DNA from: Rickettsiales bacterium
Lineage (GTDB): Bacteria > Pseudomonadota > Alphaproteobacteria > Rickettsiales > SXRF01
Assembly: GCA_021299465.1 (NCBI GenBank)
Contig: JAJTHB010000005.1
Coordinates: 8,456-72,455, forward strand
Length of the DNA: 64,000 nt
Reading direction: 5' to 3'
Part shown: piece after piece, positions 55,063 to 64,000 of the stretch
Layout of the letters: each line of letters opens with the position of its first letter
Numbering within the stretch: position 1 is the stretch's first letter
Translations under genes and position numbers: made by a program
The notes under the pieces: generated by a model
Seen by the model: the letters and a program-made list of their open reading frames with translations, nothing else
Database searches by the model: none
Told to the model about the DNA's origin: nothing

Positions 55063-57393
55063 ATGATGTCTATGACGACGATTTCTTCGTCGCTGAGTTC
55101 CTCAGCGTTCTTTACTCCAGCTTTATTTTCACTTGGTCGTTCGACGGATGAGTTATCCGCATCGACTCTTCGATTGTCGAGCGGCAACCGTTTTGCGCGA
55201 GCCAGCGATGATGTATCGAGTTTTTCTATTGCCACACGCTTGCAATCACAAATCTCTGGTCTCAAGCAGGCTTCGGTGAATGTTGCGCAAGGTAACAGCT
55301 TGCTGCAGGTTGCCCAGGGAGGGCTTGGGCAGATTAGAGAAATTCTGGATTTGATGAATTCCACCGCTGTGCAAGCCAACAGTGCTTCACTTACCACAAC
55401 AGATCGTATCTTTTTACAAGAGCAATTTGCCCAGTATTTAAGTGAAGTGGATCGTATTGCCAATAATACATCGTTTAATGCAATCACTTTGCTGAATGGC
55501 GCGCTTTCCGGTGCGGCTAAGGCACTCACGCAAACTACACCGGCAACCAAGGCCAGTGGCACTCTGACCTTTGGCTCTAATCCAACTGCTGGCCAAACCG
55601 TTGCGCTGAACGGGGTGTCGCTGATCGCAAATACCAATTTTACCGTAGGCGGCAGTACGCAGCTTACGCTGGATAGCCTTGTTCTTGCTATCAATAATTC
55701 GACTAATACTGCGCTCTCTAATGTTGTCGCTGAGCGCACGGCTACGAACGTTATCACCCTCACGGCGCGCTCTGGCGGCAAGCTGGGTAATCAGTTTATC
55801 ATTAACCAGGCTGATTCTACCGCAAGCTTTACAACTTCAGGCGCGGCAACCAACGTGACGAACGTTTTTACCTTGAGTGGTGGTGCGGATAATGGTTTGG
55901 GTTTTTCGAGCACACGAGCTGTTGGTACGACTAGCGATTCACTCGTTACTGCGCAATCGCAAATTGCTGCCAGCGCGACGCTAACTTTGAATGGCACAGT
56001 AAGCGACGGCGAACTCTTTCGTATCGATAATGGCAATGGTGGCCTGATTGATTTTACCTTCCGGAATACAGCATCGAGTGCAACTGAAATTCAAATCGGT
56101 GCGACGACCGAGGAGACGCTTCAGAATATTGTTGCTAAGCTATCCCAGTATAATGGCAGCGATAATTTTGGGCTTCGCCAGTTGGAATTTGCTATCAGCG
56201 GTACGACGCTTACCATTAGCAGCAAAACACCAGGCAACCCTACAGACCTTAATGGTGCGGCGCTTGATATTGCTGAAACGCTTGCCAACGGCACGCTTTC
56301 CACCACGACGCTCAATAACGGGGTTAGCACCGGCATCAATGTATCCGCCATTAATAACGGCGATTTTATTGGCACGATTCAAGGTTTTTCTGCGACCTAT
56401 AATTCTTCCGATAACATCACGGTTAATTTGACGGTTGGCAGCAGTGTCTACACCGCTACGCTTGCTGATACCACGCCGGCCAGCGATACAACGCTGCGTT
56501 TCAGCTCAGCAAATGGCGGCTTTTTTGATGTAAGGCTTGCATCCGGAGGGCTTGCGGTCACTAATCAAACATCAGCAGATACTTATGCCAGCAGGCTCAA
56601 TACGGCATTTTCTACACTTAGCTTTTATAATAATCGTCCAGTGAGTAATTTTCAGCAAACGGGCACATTTATCGAGGCTTCTGCGCGCCTGCAACTTAAA
56701 GATTTCAGCGATGTGCGAATTGATAGTATTTCGGTTGTTGCACCAGCAACGACCGATGGACGTATTAGTATCGTGGTCAATGGGGAAACATTCAGCGCAG
56801 AGAGTGGTCTGGGGGGGCGTATTGGTGCCTATGAAACGGTAACATTTACGAGTGCATTAGACAGCAACAAGCAGTTGATACTTAATAATGGCTCGATTGC
56901 TAAAGATTTATCCAATGCGACAGCGGCAAGTAGTTTTCAGTCGGCACTTCGAAGTGCATTTGGGCTTGGGCCTAATGGTAATGGCGTCAATTTCCAGATT
57001 GGTACCGATGGAGATGATGTAGTGAATGTAGTGATCAATGATGTGCGATCTAACACGCTGTTTAATGGTGTGGCGCCCAGCGTGGCCAGCCAATCATCTG
57101 CCGCTGCTGCTCAGGCAGCGATCGCGATTGCCAGAAACGCTGTGCTCAGTGCTGAAAGTGCGCTCGGTGCACAGCAGCAACGCTTTGATTTTGCACAGCG
57201 CAATATCACCAACACCATTGAAGGGGTCACTCAGGCGCGTAGTAATCTGGCGGATACCGATATTGCCGCTGAGTCGATCAACTATGCGCAGTTATCGGTC
57301 AAGATCAATGCAGCGGTTGCGGTTATCGCTCAAGCGCGAAATCTGCAATCATCATTACTTGGTGCGCTGCAGTTTGGCGGGGCGAGAGCCTAG
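55063..57393 (+). CDS. Giant flagellin-family protein (776 aa)
   Basis: N-terminal flagellin helices (LRLSSGNRFARASDDVSSFSIATRLQSQISGL...AQGNSLLQVAQGGL...DRIANNTSFNAITLLNG). C-terminal helices (LGAQQQRFDFAQRNITNTIEGVTQARSNLADTDIAAES..LSVKINAAVAVIAQA). Between them lies a ~500-aa T/S/N/G-rich central region. Confidence 0.8.
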   Translation: MMSMTTISSSLSSSAFFTPALFSLGRSTDELSASTLRLSSGNRFARASDDVSSFSIATRLQSQISGLKQASVNVAQGNSLLQVAQGGLGQIREILDLMNSTAVQANSASLTTTDRIFLQEQFAQYLSEVDRIANNTSFNAITLLNGALSGAAKALTQTTPATKASGTLTFGSNPTAGQTVALNGVSLIANTNFTVGGSTQLTLDSLVLAINNSTNTALSNVVAERTATNVITLTARSGGKLGNQFIINQADSTASFTTSGAATNVTNVFTLSGGADNGLGFSSTRAVGTTSDSLVTAQSQIAASATLTLNGTVSDGELFRIDNGNGGLIDFTFRNTASSATEIQIGATTEETLQNIVAKLSQYNGSDNFGLRQLEFAISGTTLTISSKTPGNPTDLNGAALDIAETLANGTLSTTTLNNGVSTGINVSAINNGDFIGTIQGFSATYNSSDNITVNLTVGSSVYTATLADTTPASDTTLRFSSANGGFFDVRLASGGLAVTNQTSADTYASRLNTAFSTLSFYNNRPVSNFQQTGTFIEASARLQLKDFSDVRIDSISVVAPATTDGRISIVVNGETFSAESGLGGRIGAYETVTFTSALDSNKQLILNNGSIAKDLSNATAASSFQSALRSAFGLGPNGNGVNFQIGTDGDDVVNVVINDVRSNTLFNGVAPSVASQSSAAAAQAAIAIARNAVLSAESALGAQQQRFDFAQRNITNTIEGVTQARSNLADTDIAAESINYAQLSVKINAAVAVIAQARNLQSSLLGALQFGGARA

Positions 57394-57917
57394 GCTGTTT
57401 GAAGCGGTTTAATACGAAGCCACGAAAAATGCTGCTCGGCTTTAAAAAAGCCAATAAACAGCAGGCTGGTATAAAACAGATCGCCCAGCAGCGTATTGGT
57501 GTAAAATGGAATGGCCGCGATGAAGCATTGCGCTAGGCCTTCCAGCGTCTGTGCATACAGGCCTGATGAAACCCATACCGCAAAGTTGCTCACAGCAAAG
57601 AAAATGAGTGATCCAGCTACGCATGCGGTGGTGATAGGCAATAATCTGTTCCTGCCTCTGACTATGAATCCAATACAGACGATGAGCGCAAAGCCCAGGT
57701 AAACGCCCCACATCGTATTATGAAAGCCAATAAGCATATCGCTGATGAGCATGATTGAGAGTGGCACGGCGAAAGCCAGCCATTTTTTATCAAAATAAGC
57801 GCCTGCAAATAGCGCGAGCGCCGCAACTGGCGTGACGTTATCGGGGTGCGGCAACAAACGGGAAAATGCTGCGGCAGCTATAATAATGCATAAGGTGAGG
57901 GTGCGTTGCGTGTTCAT
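57390..57917 (-). CDS. DUF6580-like polytopic membrane protein
   Basis: 175 aa. The N-terminus AAAFSRLLPHPDNVTPVAALALFAGAYF matches my recollection of the DUF6580 signature. Confidence 0.55.
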   Translation of the reverse strand: MNTQRTLTLCIIIAAAAFSRLLPHPDNVTPVAALALFAGAYFDKKWLAFAVPLSIMLISDMLIGFHNTMWGVYLGFALIVCIGFIVRGRNRLLPITTACVAGSLIFFAVSNFAVWVSSGLYAQTLEGLAQCFIAAIPFYTNTLLGDLFYTSLLFIGFFKAEQHFSWLRIKPLQTA

Positions 57918-57963
57918 CGGGTTTCCTGTAGTTTCTCACCATTACTAGCGAATAGTTGTGCGT

Positions 57964-59253
57964 ATGAAAACACTTTTTGAACAAATTGCTGCGCCCGACA
58001 TGCCACTTGCTGAGCGTTTGCGGCCAACCTCGCTTGAGCAGATGGTGGGGCAGCAGGCGCTTTTTTCCGAGTCGCATATGCTAAGCCAGATGCTGGCGCA
58101 TGCAAGGCCGGTTTCGATGGTGCTTTGGGGGGCGCCGGGTTGTGGCAAAACGACACTTGCGCGTATTATTGCCGAGCGAAGCGGTTATGAGATGGAGGTG
58201 CTATCTGCGGTTTCATCCGGTGTGGCGGATCTGAAAGAGGTTTTTGCCCGCGCGAAAACCCGCGCTAAGGATGGCAAGCGAACATTGGTGTTTGTTGATG
58301 AAATCCACCGTTTTAATCGCGCGCAGCAGGATGCGTTTCTTCCGGTGGTAGAGGATGGCACGATTGTATTGATCGGCGCCACAACAGAGAACCCCTCGTT
58401 TGAAATAAACTCGGCGCTGCTGTCGCGCATGCAGGTGGTGGTGATGAACCGCCTGAACCATGAAGCCATGGAGCAATTGCTCAAGCGTGCGGAAGAGGCG
58501 GTGGGACGTGGTTTGCCGCTCACTCTGGAAGCGCGTGAAACCTTAATGACCATGGCTGATGGCGATGGGCGCGCGCTGCTTAATTTCTGTGAGGTGTTGT
58601 TCGCCTATTCGGGCAAGGCAATGGATACCAAGGTGCTCACGGCTTATGTGCAAAAGCGCGCCCCGCTTTATGATAAAAAACAAGATGGTCACTATAACCT
58701 GATCAGCGCCTTGCATAAGTCACTTCGTGGCTCAGATGTTGATGCGGCACTTTATTGGTTTTCAAGGATGATCGAAGGCGGCGAGAATCCACTGTATATC
58801 GCACGACGTTTGGTTCGTTTTGCCGTTGAGGATATCGGCCTTGCTGACCCGCAAGCAATCGTGCAGGCGAATGCTGCTAAAGAGGCCTATGATTTTCTGG
58901 GTTCGCCTGAGGGCGAGCTGGCACTGGCGCAATGTGTCGTTTATCTTGCTACTGCTCCCAAGTCCAACGCAGTGTATGTTGCGAGCAAAGCGGCCAATAA
59001 GGCTGCATCCAAACATGGATCACTTATGCCGCCCGCCCATATCCTGAACGCGCCAACCAAGATGATGAAGGAGCTTGGCTATGGCGAAAATTATGCTTAT
59101 GACCATAATGAAGAAGACGGTTTTTCTGGCCAGAATTATTTCCCTGAAGGCATGAAACGCGAGCAGTTTTACAAGCCGGTGGAGCGAGGCTTTGAGCGCG
59201 AGATACTCAAGCGTCTAGACTACTGGCAGAAGCTAAGGGAGAAGAGGGGGTAG
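57964..59253 (+). CDS. rarA: Replication-associated recombination protein A
   Basis: AAA+ Walker [10 protein letters not shown], Walker [11 protein letters not shown], and the MgsA C-terminal block [16 protein letters not shown]. Confidence 0.95.
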   Translation: MKTLFEQIAAPDMPLAERLRPTSLEQMVGQQALFSESHMLSQMLAHARPVSMVLWGAPGCGKTTLARIIAERSGYEMEVLSAVSSGVADLKEVFARAKTRAKDGKRTLVFVDEIHRFNRAQQDAFLPVVEDGTIVLIGATTENPSFEINSALLSRMQVVVMNRLNHEAMEQLLKRAEEAVGRGLPLTLEARETLMTMADGDGRALLNFCEVLFAYSGKAMDTKVLTAYVQKRAPLYDKKQDGHYNLISALHKSLRGSDVDAALYWFSRMIEGGENPLYIARRLVRFAVEDIGLADPQAIVQANAAKEAYDFLGSPEGELALAQCVVYLATAPKSNAVYVASKAANKAASKHGSLMPPAHILNAPTKMMKELGYGENYAYDHNEEDGFSGQNYFPEGMKREQFYKPVERGFEREILKRLDYWQKLREKRG

Positions 59254-59254
59254 G

Positions 59255-59331
59255 TGGCGGACCCGGAGCGACTCGAACGCCCGACCTTTTGATTCGTAGT
59301 CAAATGCTCTATCCAACTGAGCTACGGGTCC
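59255..59331 (-). tRNA. tRNA-Arg (anticodon ACG)
   Basis: Hand-folded. Acceptor GGACCCG/CGGGTCC, anticodon stem TTTGA/TCAAA with loop CTACGAA, T loop GTTCGAGTC, encoded CCA. Confidence 0.95.
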
Positions 59332-59595
59332 ATGCCTAACAATTCTACTACTCCGGCTGGCTTACTCGGTTTTTCTAGCTCCCGATGCTCACATGACAAA
59401 CGCACGCTTTGCTTCGAACCTTACAAAAACCTTCTCATCCAGCGCGAATTAGCGAATTGTCAACCACCGCGCATACCGGAGGAGGCGGCAAGCTAACGAA
59501 CCCAAGCCAAAAAAACAAGGGTTTTGTTTGCGCAGGATTGACTAGCATTACTTCATCCATTAGTGCTAGGAATATTGAAACATTTGGAGGTTATC

Positions 59596-59985
59596 ATGGC
59601 GTTTTATTCGCGTTTTTCGGCACTGGCATTGGCTTTTTCCATGTTAGTTGCACCCAATGCTGCTTTCTCACAAAGCACAACAAGTGCTGAACGCCCATTG
59701 CTCCTCATTCGTTTTAATCAAGAGCATGTGCATTTTAACCGTGCGCTCAGGCAGGCTGTTGCTAATGCGGAGAATATCAAGCCAGGTGTGGTTTACCGTG
59801 TGGTATCGGTGGTGCCAGTGAATCGCAAGGGTGCTCCAAGCATTCCTGCAGCCCAAACAAAACGCAACTTAACGAGCGTGACGTCATCAATGGCGCAGCT
59901 TGGAGTTTCTTCTGACCGAATCAAAACATCTTCGGAGAACTCGAAGTCGGCAAGCAGCCAAGAAATAAAGTTATTTGTTGAGTAA
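59596..59985 (+). CDS. Hypothetical secreted protein (129 aa)
   Basis: GGAGG at 59586-59590, 5 nt before the ATG. Signal peptide MAFYSRFSALALAFSMLVAPNAAFS. No family recognised. Confidence 0.55.
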   Translation: MAFYSRFSALALAFSMLVAPNAAFSQSTTSAERPLLLIRFNQEHVHFNRALRQAVANAENIKPGVVYRVVSVVPVNRKGAPSIPAAQTKRNLTSVTSSMAQLGVSSDRIKTSSENSKSASSQEIKLFVE

Positions 59986-59987
59986 TC

Positions 59988-60113
59988 TTAGCCCTGACGC
60001 GCTTTAAAGCGTGGGTTTTTCTTATTGATTACGTAAACGCGGCCTTTGCGGCGAACAACGCGGCAATCTTTATCACGTTTCTTAGCGGATTTGAGTGAGC
60101 TGAGTACTTTCAT
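59988..60113 (-). CDS. rpmJ: 50S ribosomal protein L36
   Basis: 41 aa: [41 protein letters not shown]. This is the non-zinc ykgO-like L36 form. Confidence 0.9.
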   Translation of the reverse strand: MKVLSSLKSAKKRDKDCRVVRRKGRVYVINKKNPRFKARQG

Positions 60114-60165
60114 AGCGAGTCCTTTATTTGCGAGCCGCATGTCTAGCCCAGCCCAGGCTTCCTTG

Positions 60166-62052
60166 TCAACGACTTTGTTTTGACACGCTTGCTTGCCTAA
60201 GCATCTCATTCTCCATGATATTTGGCTCACCCATGTGCGCCAAACCATGCCTTGTTTTGTCCCAGAAGTGTGGTTTTACAATGAGTTGCCACAAAGCGCG
60301 ATAGCTCGCGATGGAATGTAGGAGCATATAGACAGGGTAGAGGAGCGCCGCTATTGCTATTTGCAGGCGATATTTTTTGTAGTGATTGGCTGCAAAGCAA
60401 GACAGGTACCAATGAGTAATGACGTTCAGAATCAGATTGAACCCTGCAATATAAATCAGCCACTTCATTGCGTTGCCTGATTCCAGCGAGATAAAAAGAA
60501 ATGCATAGGATAGGCTGATGAGCCACACAACTGGAGCAGCTAAAAATGTTACGCATGACAGACCAATGAAAAACTGGAACCCTACGAAGGCCCTAAAACC
60601 AAGCGCACGGTACAAGATAAATGGGGCGCGCATATGCACAAGCCAGGTTTGCATATAGCCTTTGATCCAGCGTGAGCGCTGTTTAATCCATGGAATAATT
60701 TGGTTTGGGGCTTCTTCCATCGTGTAGGAATCGAGCATATAAGTCTTGCCGCCTCGAGCGGAAATGCGAGTGCCGAGATCCGCATCTTCAGTCACATTAT
60801 ATGGATCCCACTCGCCAAGTTCTTTGAGGCGAGAAAGTGAAAGATGATTGCTGGTGCCACCAAGCGGTATCGGAATCCCAAGCCGTGATAGGCCATACAG
60901 CATGAAGTGAAAAAGAATGGTGTATTCCAGCGAAAAGAATCGCGTTAGCAGGTTATCATTGGCATTGTAGTAATTGAGCCTGGCTTGGAGACAGGTTGCT
61001 TGCGGCGAAAGTTTATGAAAACTGATGATCGCTTTTTTCAGTTGTGTTTTTTCTGGACGATCATCAGCATCAAAAATCGTAACATACTCACCACGTGCGA
61101 ATCTCAGTGCATAATTGCAAGCCTTGGGTTTTGTTCTGGGCTCTGCCGCAGGTACACGGATGATATCGAAATGATAAGCTGGTTTTAAATCACAAGCAGC
61201 TCGATAGGTTTCTTCATCGTCCGCTTCCAACACTAGTTTTATATCAAGCTTAGACGCTGGATAATCCAGGCGCTTCATTGCTTCAAACATCCCCGGGAGG
61301 CTTTCTTTTTCATGATACATGGGGATGAGTACGGTGTAGATCGGCAGCGTCTGCTCATTAAGGTTTGCAAATTCGCTTTGCCAGTTAATGGCTGGTTCGG
61401 TCTTAAAGCTGGCCATAAAAACCCAGCATTTAAATAACATCGTTATAAAGAAAACAAAATTACACGCCGCTATAATGAATAAAAGTGTGGTGTTGGGCGA
61501 AAGCGCCAGCAGGGCAAATAAAATGAGCCCTAATCCTATCAGAAACTGTTTCTGGTTGAGTTGCAGGGTTGTCCGCGCAGATAGCATTGGAAAGCGCTGC
61601 CAGAGTGATAGTCTGCTTGATTTTTCTAAAACATTTCCGAATTCGGTTTGGATAACATGTTTGATATCGAGCGGTGATGTCATGACAAAGCGTGTGGCGG
61701 TGCCAAATTGGCTCACGCACCAGCGTTTTGTTGCATCATCTGCTTGCGTGATTGCGATGGTTATGGAGCCATCGTCATGGCGGCGCCACGGCATAACACC
61801 CAGCTTAATAAACTGTTCTGGCGCGAGCGATGAACCAAGCAATGTGCGCTCTGGCGGTTTTTCTTTCAGATCAACAAAATCCAATTTGTTTTGTAGTGCC
61901 AAGGCATGATGAAGCTTTTGCAATCCAATGGCGCGTAAGCCAATCAAAACATCACCTAAGCGACTTCCATTCTTGCTCTGAATGGTAAGGGCATGCGTAA
62001 GTGTTTGGGAATCAATCCAGCCATGCTGCTCCAGAATCTCCCCTAGCCGCAT
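60166..62052 (-). CDS. Processive family-2 glycosyltransferase (polysaccharide synthase) with N-terminal MshEN / T2SS-E N-terminal domain
   Basis: 628 aa. N-terminus [55 protein letters not shown]2 motifs FDADD, VTEDADL and QRSRW. Multiple TM helices. Confidence 0.8.
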   Translation of the reverse strand: MRLGEILEQHGWIDSQTLTHALTIQSKNGSRLGDVLIGLRAIGLQKLHHALALQNKLDFVDLKEKPPERTLLGSSLAPEQFIKLGVMPWRRHDDGSITIAITQADDATKRWCVSQFGTATRFVMTSPLDIKHVIQTEFGNVLEKSSRLSLWQRFPMLSARTTLQLNQKQFLIGLGLILFALLALSPNTTLLFIIAACNFVFFITMLFKCWVFMASFKTEPAINWQSEFANLNEQTLPIYTVLIPMYHEKESLPGMFEAMKRLDYPASKLDIKLVLEADDEETYRAACDLKPAYHFDIIRVPAAEPRTKPKACNYALRFARGEYVTIFDADDRPEKTQLKKAIISFHKLSPQATCLQARLNYYNANDNLLTRFFSLEYTILFHFMLYGLSRLGIPIPLGGTSNHLSLSRLKELGEWDPYNVTEDADLGTRISARGGKTYMLDSYTMEEAPNQIIPWIKQRSRWIKGYMQTWLVHMRAPFILYRALGFRAFVGFQFFIGLSCVTFLAAPVVWLISLSYAFLFISLESGNAMKWLIYIAGFNLILNVITHWYLSCFAANHYKKYRLQIAIAALLYPVYMLLHSIASYRALWQLIVKPHFWDKTRHGLAHMGEPNIMENEMLRQASVSKQSR

Positions 62053-62849
62053 TAAAACGACTTCCAGACCGAGAATAACACGCCATCACCGCTGCCAACG
62101 TTTTTTCCATCAAGGTGACTAAAGGCGCCGAGCTGGAAAGACACACCATCTTGGTAGCGATAAACGACCGAAATCTGACCTTTCAGAAGATTGTAATCAT
62201 CGCCTGATGATTGCGTGAAGCTGACAACGCTGGGATCTGACACACGATAAGTGGCAAATATTTGAGGAAGTATCATGAGTGTATCGGTAACTGATACGCC
62301 TAGCGTTCCTGCCAATTTAATTTGATCCTTAGGATCATTGAAGCGATGACGATAACCAGCGTCAATATTAACAAAGTGATTTTGTCCCCACGCGCTGAAG
62401 CCATAGCCCAATGATGCACCAAGCCCCGCATCAATCGATCTGCCACCGAGTTGCGGGCGCTCGTTGAAGCTTTCCGGGCTTGGCAGCTTGAGCATCGGTT
62501 CGAGTGAAAAAACCAGACCATCGCTCTGAAAAAGCCGCGTGCGTAGGAAGAATTCACTGTCGCCAACACCCCAGTTAGTTGCTGAGGATTGGCTTGCGCG
62601 CTGAAATGAAAGATTAGCACCTGCCGTTATGGCATCCGTTAAGCCATATTCAAAATAAGGGTTTAGTTCATATTTACTGTAACGAGCCTGCTTAACTTTA
62701 TTTCCCTGATTGTTAAAAAGCTCATCGGTGCTGTAGTAAAGCGTGTTTACGATCACTTGACCTTTGCCAGCAGGCTGTGTCCAGGCGCCCGCAAAAGCAA
62801 AAGAAGGTATAAGGAGCAGTGTAATGAATAATTTCAGACGCATAACCAC
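62052..62849 (-). CDS. Outer-membrane beta-barrel protein (265 aa)
   Basis: Signal peptide ending FAFA-GAW, alternating beta-strand pattern, C-terminal aromatic (..FSVWKSF). TAATG coupling to the downstream GT2 gene. Confidence 0.65.
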   Translation of the reverse strand: MVMRLKLFITLLLIPSFAFAGAWTQPAGKGQVIVNTLYYSTDELFNNQGNKVKQARYSKYELNPYFEYGLTDAITAGANLSFQRASQSSATNWGVGDSEFFLRTRLFQSDGLVFSLEPMLKLPSPESFNERPQLGGRSIDAGLGASLGYGFSAWGQNHFVNIDAGYRHRFNDPKDQIKLAGTLGVSVTDTLMILPQIFATYRVSDPSVVSFTQSSGDDYNLLKGQISVVYRYQDGVSFQLGAFSHLDGKNVGSGDGVLFSVWKSF

Positions 62850-62885
62850 CTCGCGAATTTAAGGTAACGCACTTAGAAAAAATAA

Positions 62886-63374
62886 CTAGTGAATCTTGCG
62901 TTCGATATCGGCAAGGGTTACGCGAACCATATCAGACGCATCTGACTTGGTCGCACGTTCAGACATAATGCTACGTGCTGCTGCTAGCGAAATATCTACA
63001 ATATGGTGACGTACTTCTTCGATCGCTTTGGTTTCTTCCTGAGCAATGCGATCCATCGCGCTTTGGGTGCGTGCATCCATGGCGAGCTTGAGTTCACGTT
63101 CAGCGTTTGCACGCATCATGCCAGCATCTTCGCGTGCTTTGCTGAGCATTTGTTCGGCTTCCTTCAAATACTCTTCTTGCTTCTGTTTATACTCAGCAAG
63201 TACGCGCTCGGCTTCTGTTCGAAGGGCTGAAGCCTGATCAAGTTCTTCTTTAATTTTTTGTGAACGACTATCGAGAGCGCCGGTGATGAAGTTTGCTGCT
63301 TTTTTGTAAATCAGCGCTACGAACACGACAAAGGCGGCCGATACCCAGAATTTTGGTTCTTGAAACAATTCCAT
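62886..63374 (-). CDS. atpF: F0F1 ATP synthase subunit b
   Basis: 162 aa. Single N-terminal TM helix followed by a long charged helix. Last gene in the c-b'-b order. Confidence 0.85.
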   Translation of the reverse strand: MELFQEPKFWVSAAFVVFVALIYKKAANFITGALDSRSQKIKEELDQASALRTEAERVLAEYKQKQEEYLKEAEQMLSKAREDAGMMRANAERELKLAMDARTQSAMDRIAQEETKAIEEVRHHIVDISLAAARSIMSERATKSDASDMVRVTLADIERKIH

Positions 63375-63376
63375 GG

Positions 63377-63868
63377 TTAGCGTCCTGTCTTGGCGTTACG
63401 TGTAATGGCGACTGAAACCGCATTATCATCCGGCTTGATGCTTACCAGTTTTTCCACAATCATGGTTGTAAGCTCAGCAGCGACCGGCGTCAGCGACTGC
63501 ATCAGCTCCTGTTTGCTTACGCTAATACGGCGCTCAGCCTCTTTCAGCTTGGCAGCTACTTCCTGCTCAAGCTGACGGCTCGCTGCTTCTGCTTTTTGTT
63601 TTTGTTCCTGCATCGCATCATTGAGTAGTTGCTGCGACTTGGAACGCGCCTCAGCCAGAGCCCGCTCGTAGGCATCTTTTGCTTGGTCGGCTTCTGTTTT
63701 CATGCCTTGCGCTAAACTTAAATCACTGTCGACGGTATCGCGACGCTTCGCCATGATGGCAAGTAGCGGCGGCAATATAAAGCGCGACATCGCAAAATAA
63801 AGCAGCGAGAAGCAGGAAAAAAGCCAAAAAAGCTGTGATGCAAACCAGGTCGGGTCTAGCTGAGGCAT
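63377..63868 (-). CDS. F0F1 ATP synthase subunit b'
   Basis: 163 aa starting MPQLDPTWFASQLFWL, which is typical of alphaproteobacterial b'. Lies between the c and b genes. Confidence 0.85.
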   Translation of the reverse strand: MPQLDPTWFASQLFWLFSCFSLLYFAMSRFILPPLLAIMAKRRDTVDSDLSLAQGMKTEADQAKDAYERALAEARSKSQQLLNDAMQEQKQKAEAASRQLEQEVAAKLKEAERRISVSKQELMQSLTPVAAELTTMIVEKLVSIKPDDNAVSVAITRNAKTGR

Positions 63869-63887
63869 GGTCTAGCCAATCGATGAA

Positions 63888-64000
63888 TTAGACAACGAAC
63901 AAAATCATGGCTGCAATCACGAACGCAAGCAGACCCATGAACTCTGCCAGTGCCATACCGAGCAGCGCAAAGCCTTTGATCGAGCCTTCTTTAGCGGGAT
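63888..64000 (-). CDS. atpE: F0F1 ATP synthase subunit c (3' part; 5' end lies right of the window)
   Basis: Reverse translation ends ..GSIKGFALLGMALAEFMGLLAFVIAAMILFVV* with a TAA at 63888-63890. Confidence 0.85.
   Translation of the reverse strand, partial: PAKEGSIKGFALLGMALAEFMGLLAFVIAAMILFVV

Noticed and set aside
54864-55781. 305-aa ORF on the minus strand between the pilin-like and flagellin genes.
   Set aside because: From 55063 on it is antisense to the flagellin N-terminal coding region, which has clear family motifs. The translation is low-complexity (Ala/Val/Ser/Leu-rich), as expected for a shadow frame. No RBS or family signal.
1-64000. Scanned for transposases, integrases, phage structural genes, CRISPR repeats, restriction-modification genes and known defence-system genes.
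   Set aside because: I recognised none. The only rearrangement evidence is the three short gene remnants at 16.4 kb and 24.0-24.4 kb.

Overview
The window reads like a chromosomal segment of an alphaproteobacterium. Supporting signs are the F0 c/b'/b gene order, chorismate mutase-hisC-tyrC, metX-metW, lipA followed by a RatA/COQ10-like gene, and queA/tgt. I count about 75 protein genes and 3 tRNAs (Lys-UUU, Ser-GGA, Arg-ACG). I recognised no rRNA, CRISPR array, transposase, integrase or phage gene. Housekeeping blocks include queA/tgt, ydbH-ynbE-ydbL, kdpFABCD, rpoZ, lipA, rluA, the rfbBADC dTDP-rhamnose genes, tyrC-hisC-chorismate mutase, metXW, asmA, glmS, rarA, rpmJ and the atp F0 genes. 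Several patches look accessory or odd. (1) A 9-gene co-directional redox/quinone-stress operon sits under a divergent LysR gene; a pirin N-terminal remnant lies just beyond its 3' end, and AraC and pirin C-terminal remnants lie beyond the LysR gene. (2) A MarR/DUF2024/thioredoxin/GATase operon has twin palindromic operator-like boxes. (3) A 1126-aa protein is clearly PEP-carboxylase-family but has a rewritten glycine-rich loop and an in-frame 18-bp x3 repeat. (4) An 11-gene array with almost no intergenic space ties ExbB-ExbD-ExbD-TonB to dTDP-rhamnose synthesis, a GT2-SDR fusion, a D-amino-acid transaminase and a HAD hydrolase, behind a perfect 24-bp palindrome. (5) A degenerate EAL-like protein is translationally coupled to a prepilin-peptidase homologue that lacks both catalytic Asp residues. 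(6) A LuxI/FeeM-like acyltransferase, an atypical pilin-like gene (Ala at -1) and an isolated 776-aa flagellin-family gene sit together with no other flagellar or pilus genes in the window. (7) An outer-membrane barrel is coupled to a GT2 synthase whose N-terminus carries a textbook double MshEN (c-di-GMP-binding) motif. Items 3 to 7 are my best candidates for undescribed biology. No searches could be run. All family calls come from motif recognition by eye, and start codons were refined by hand from the sequence.
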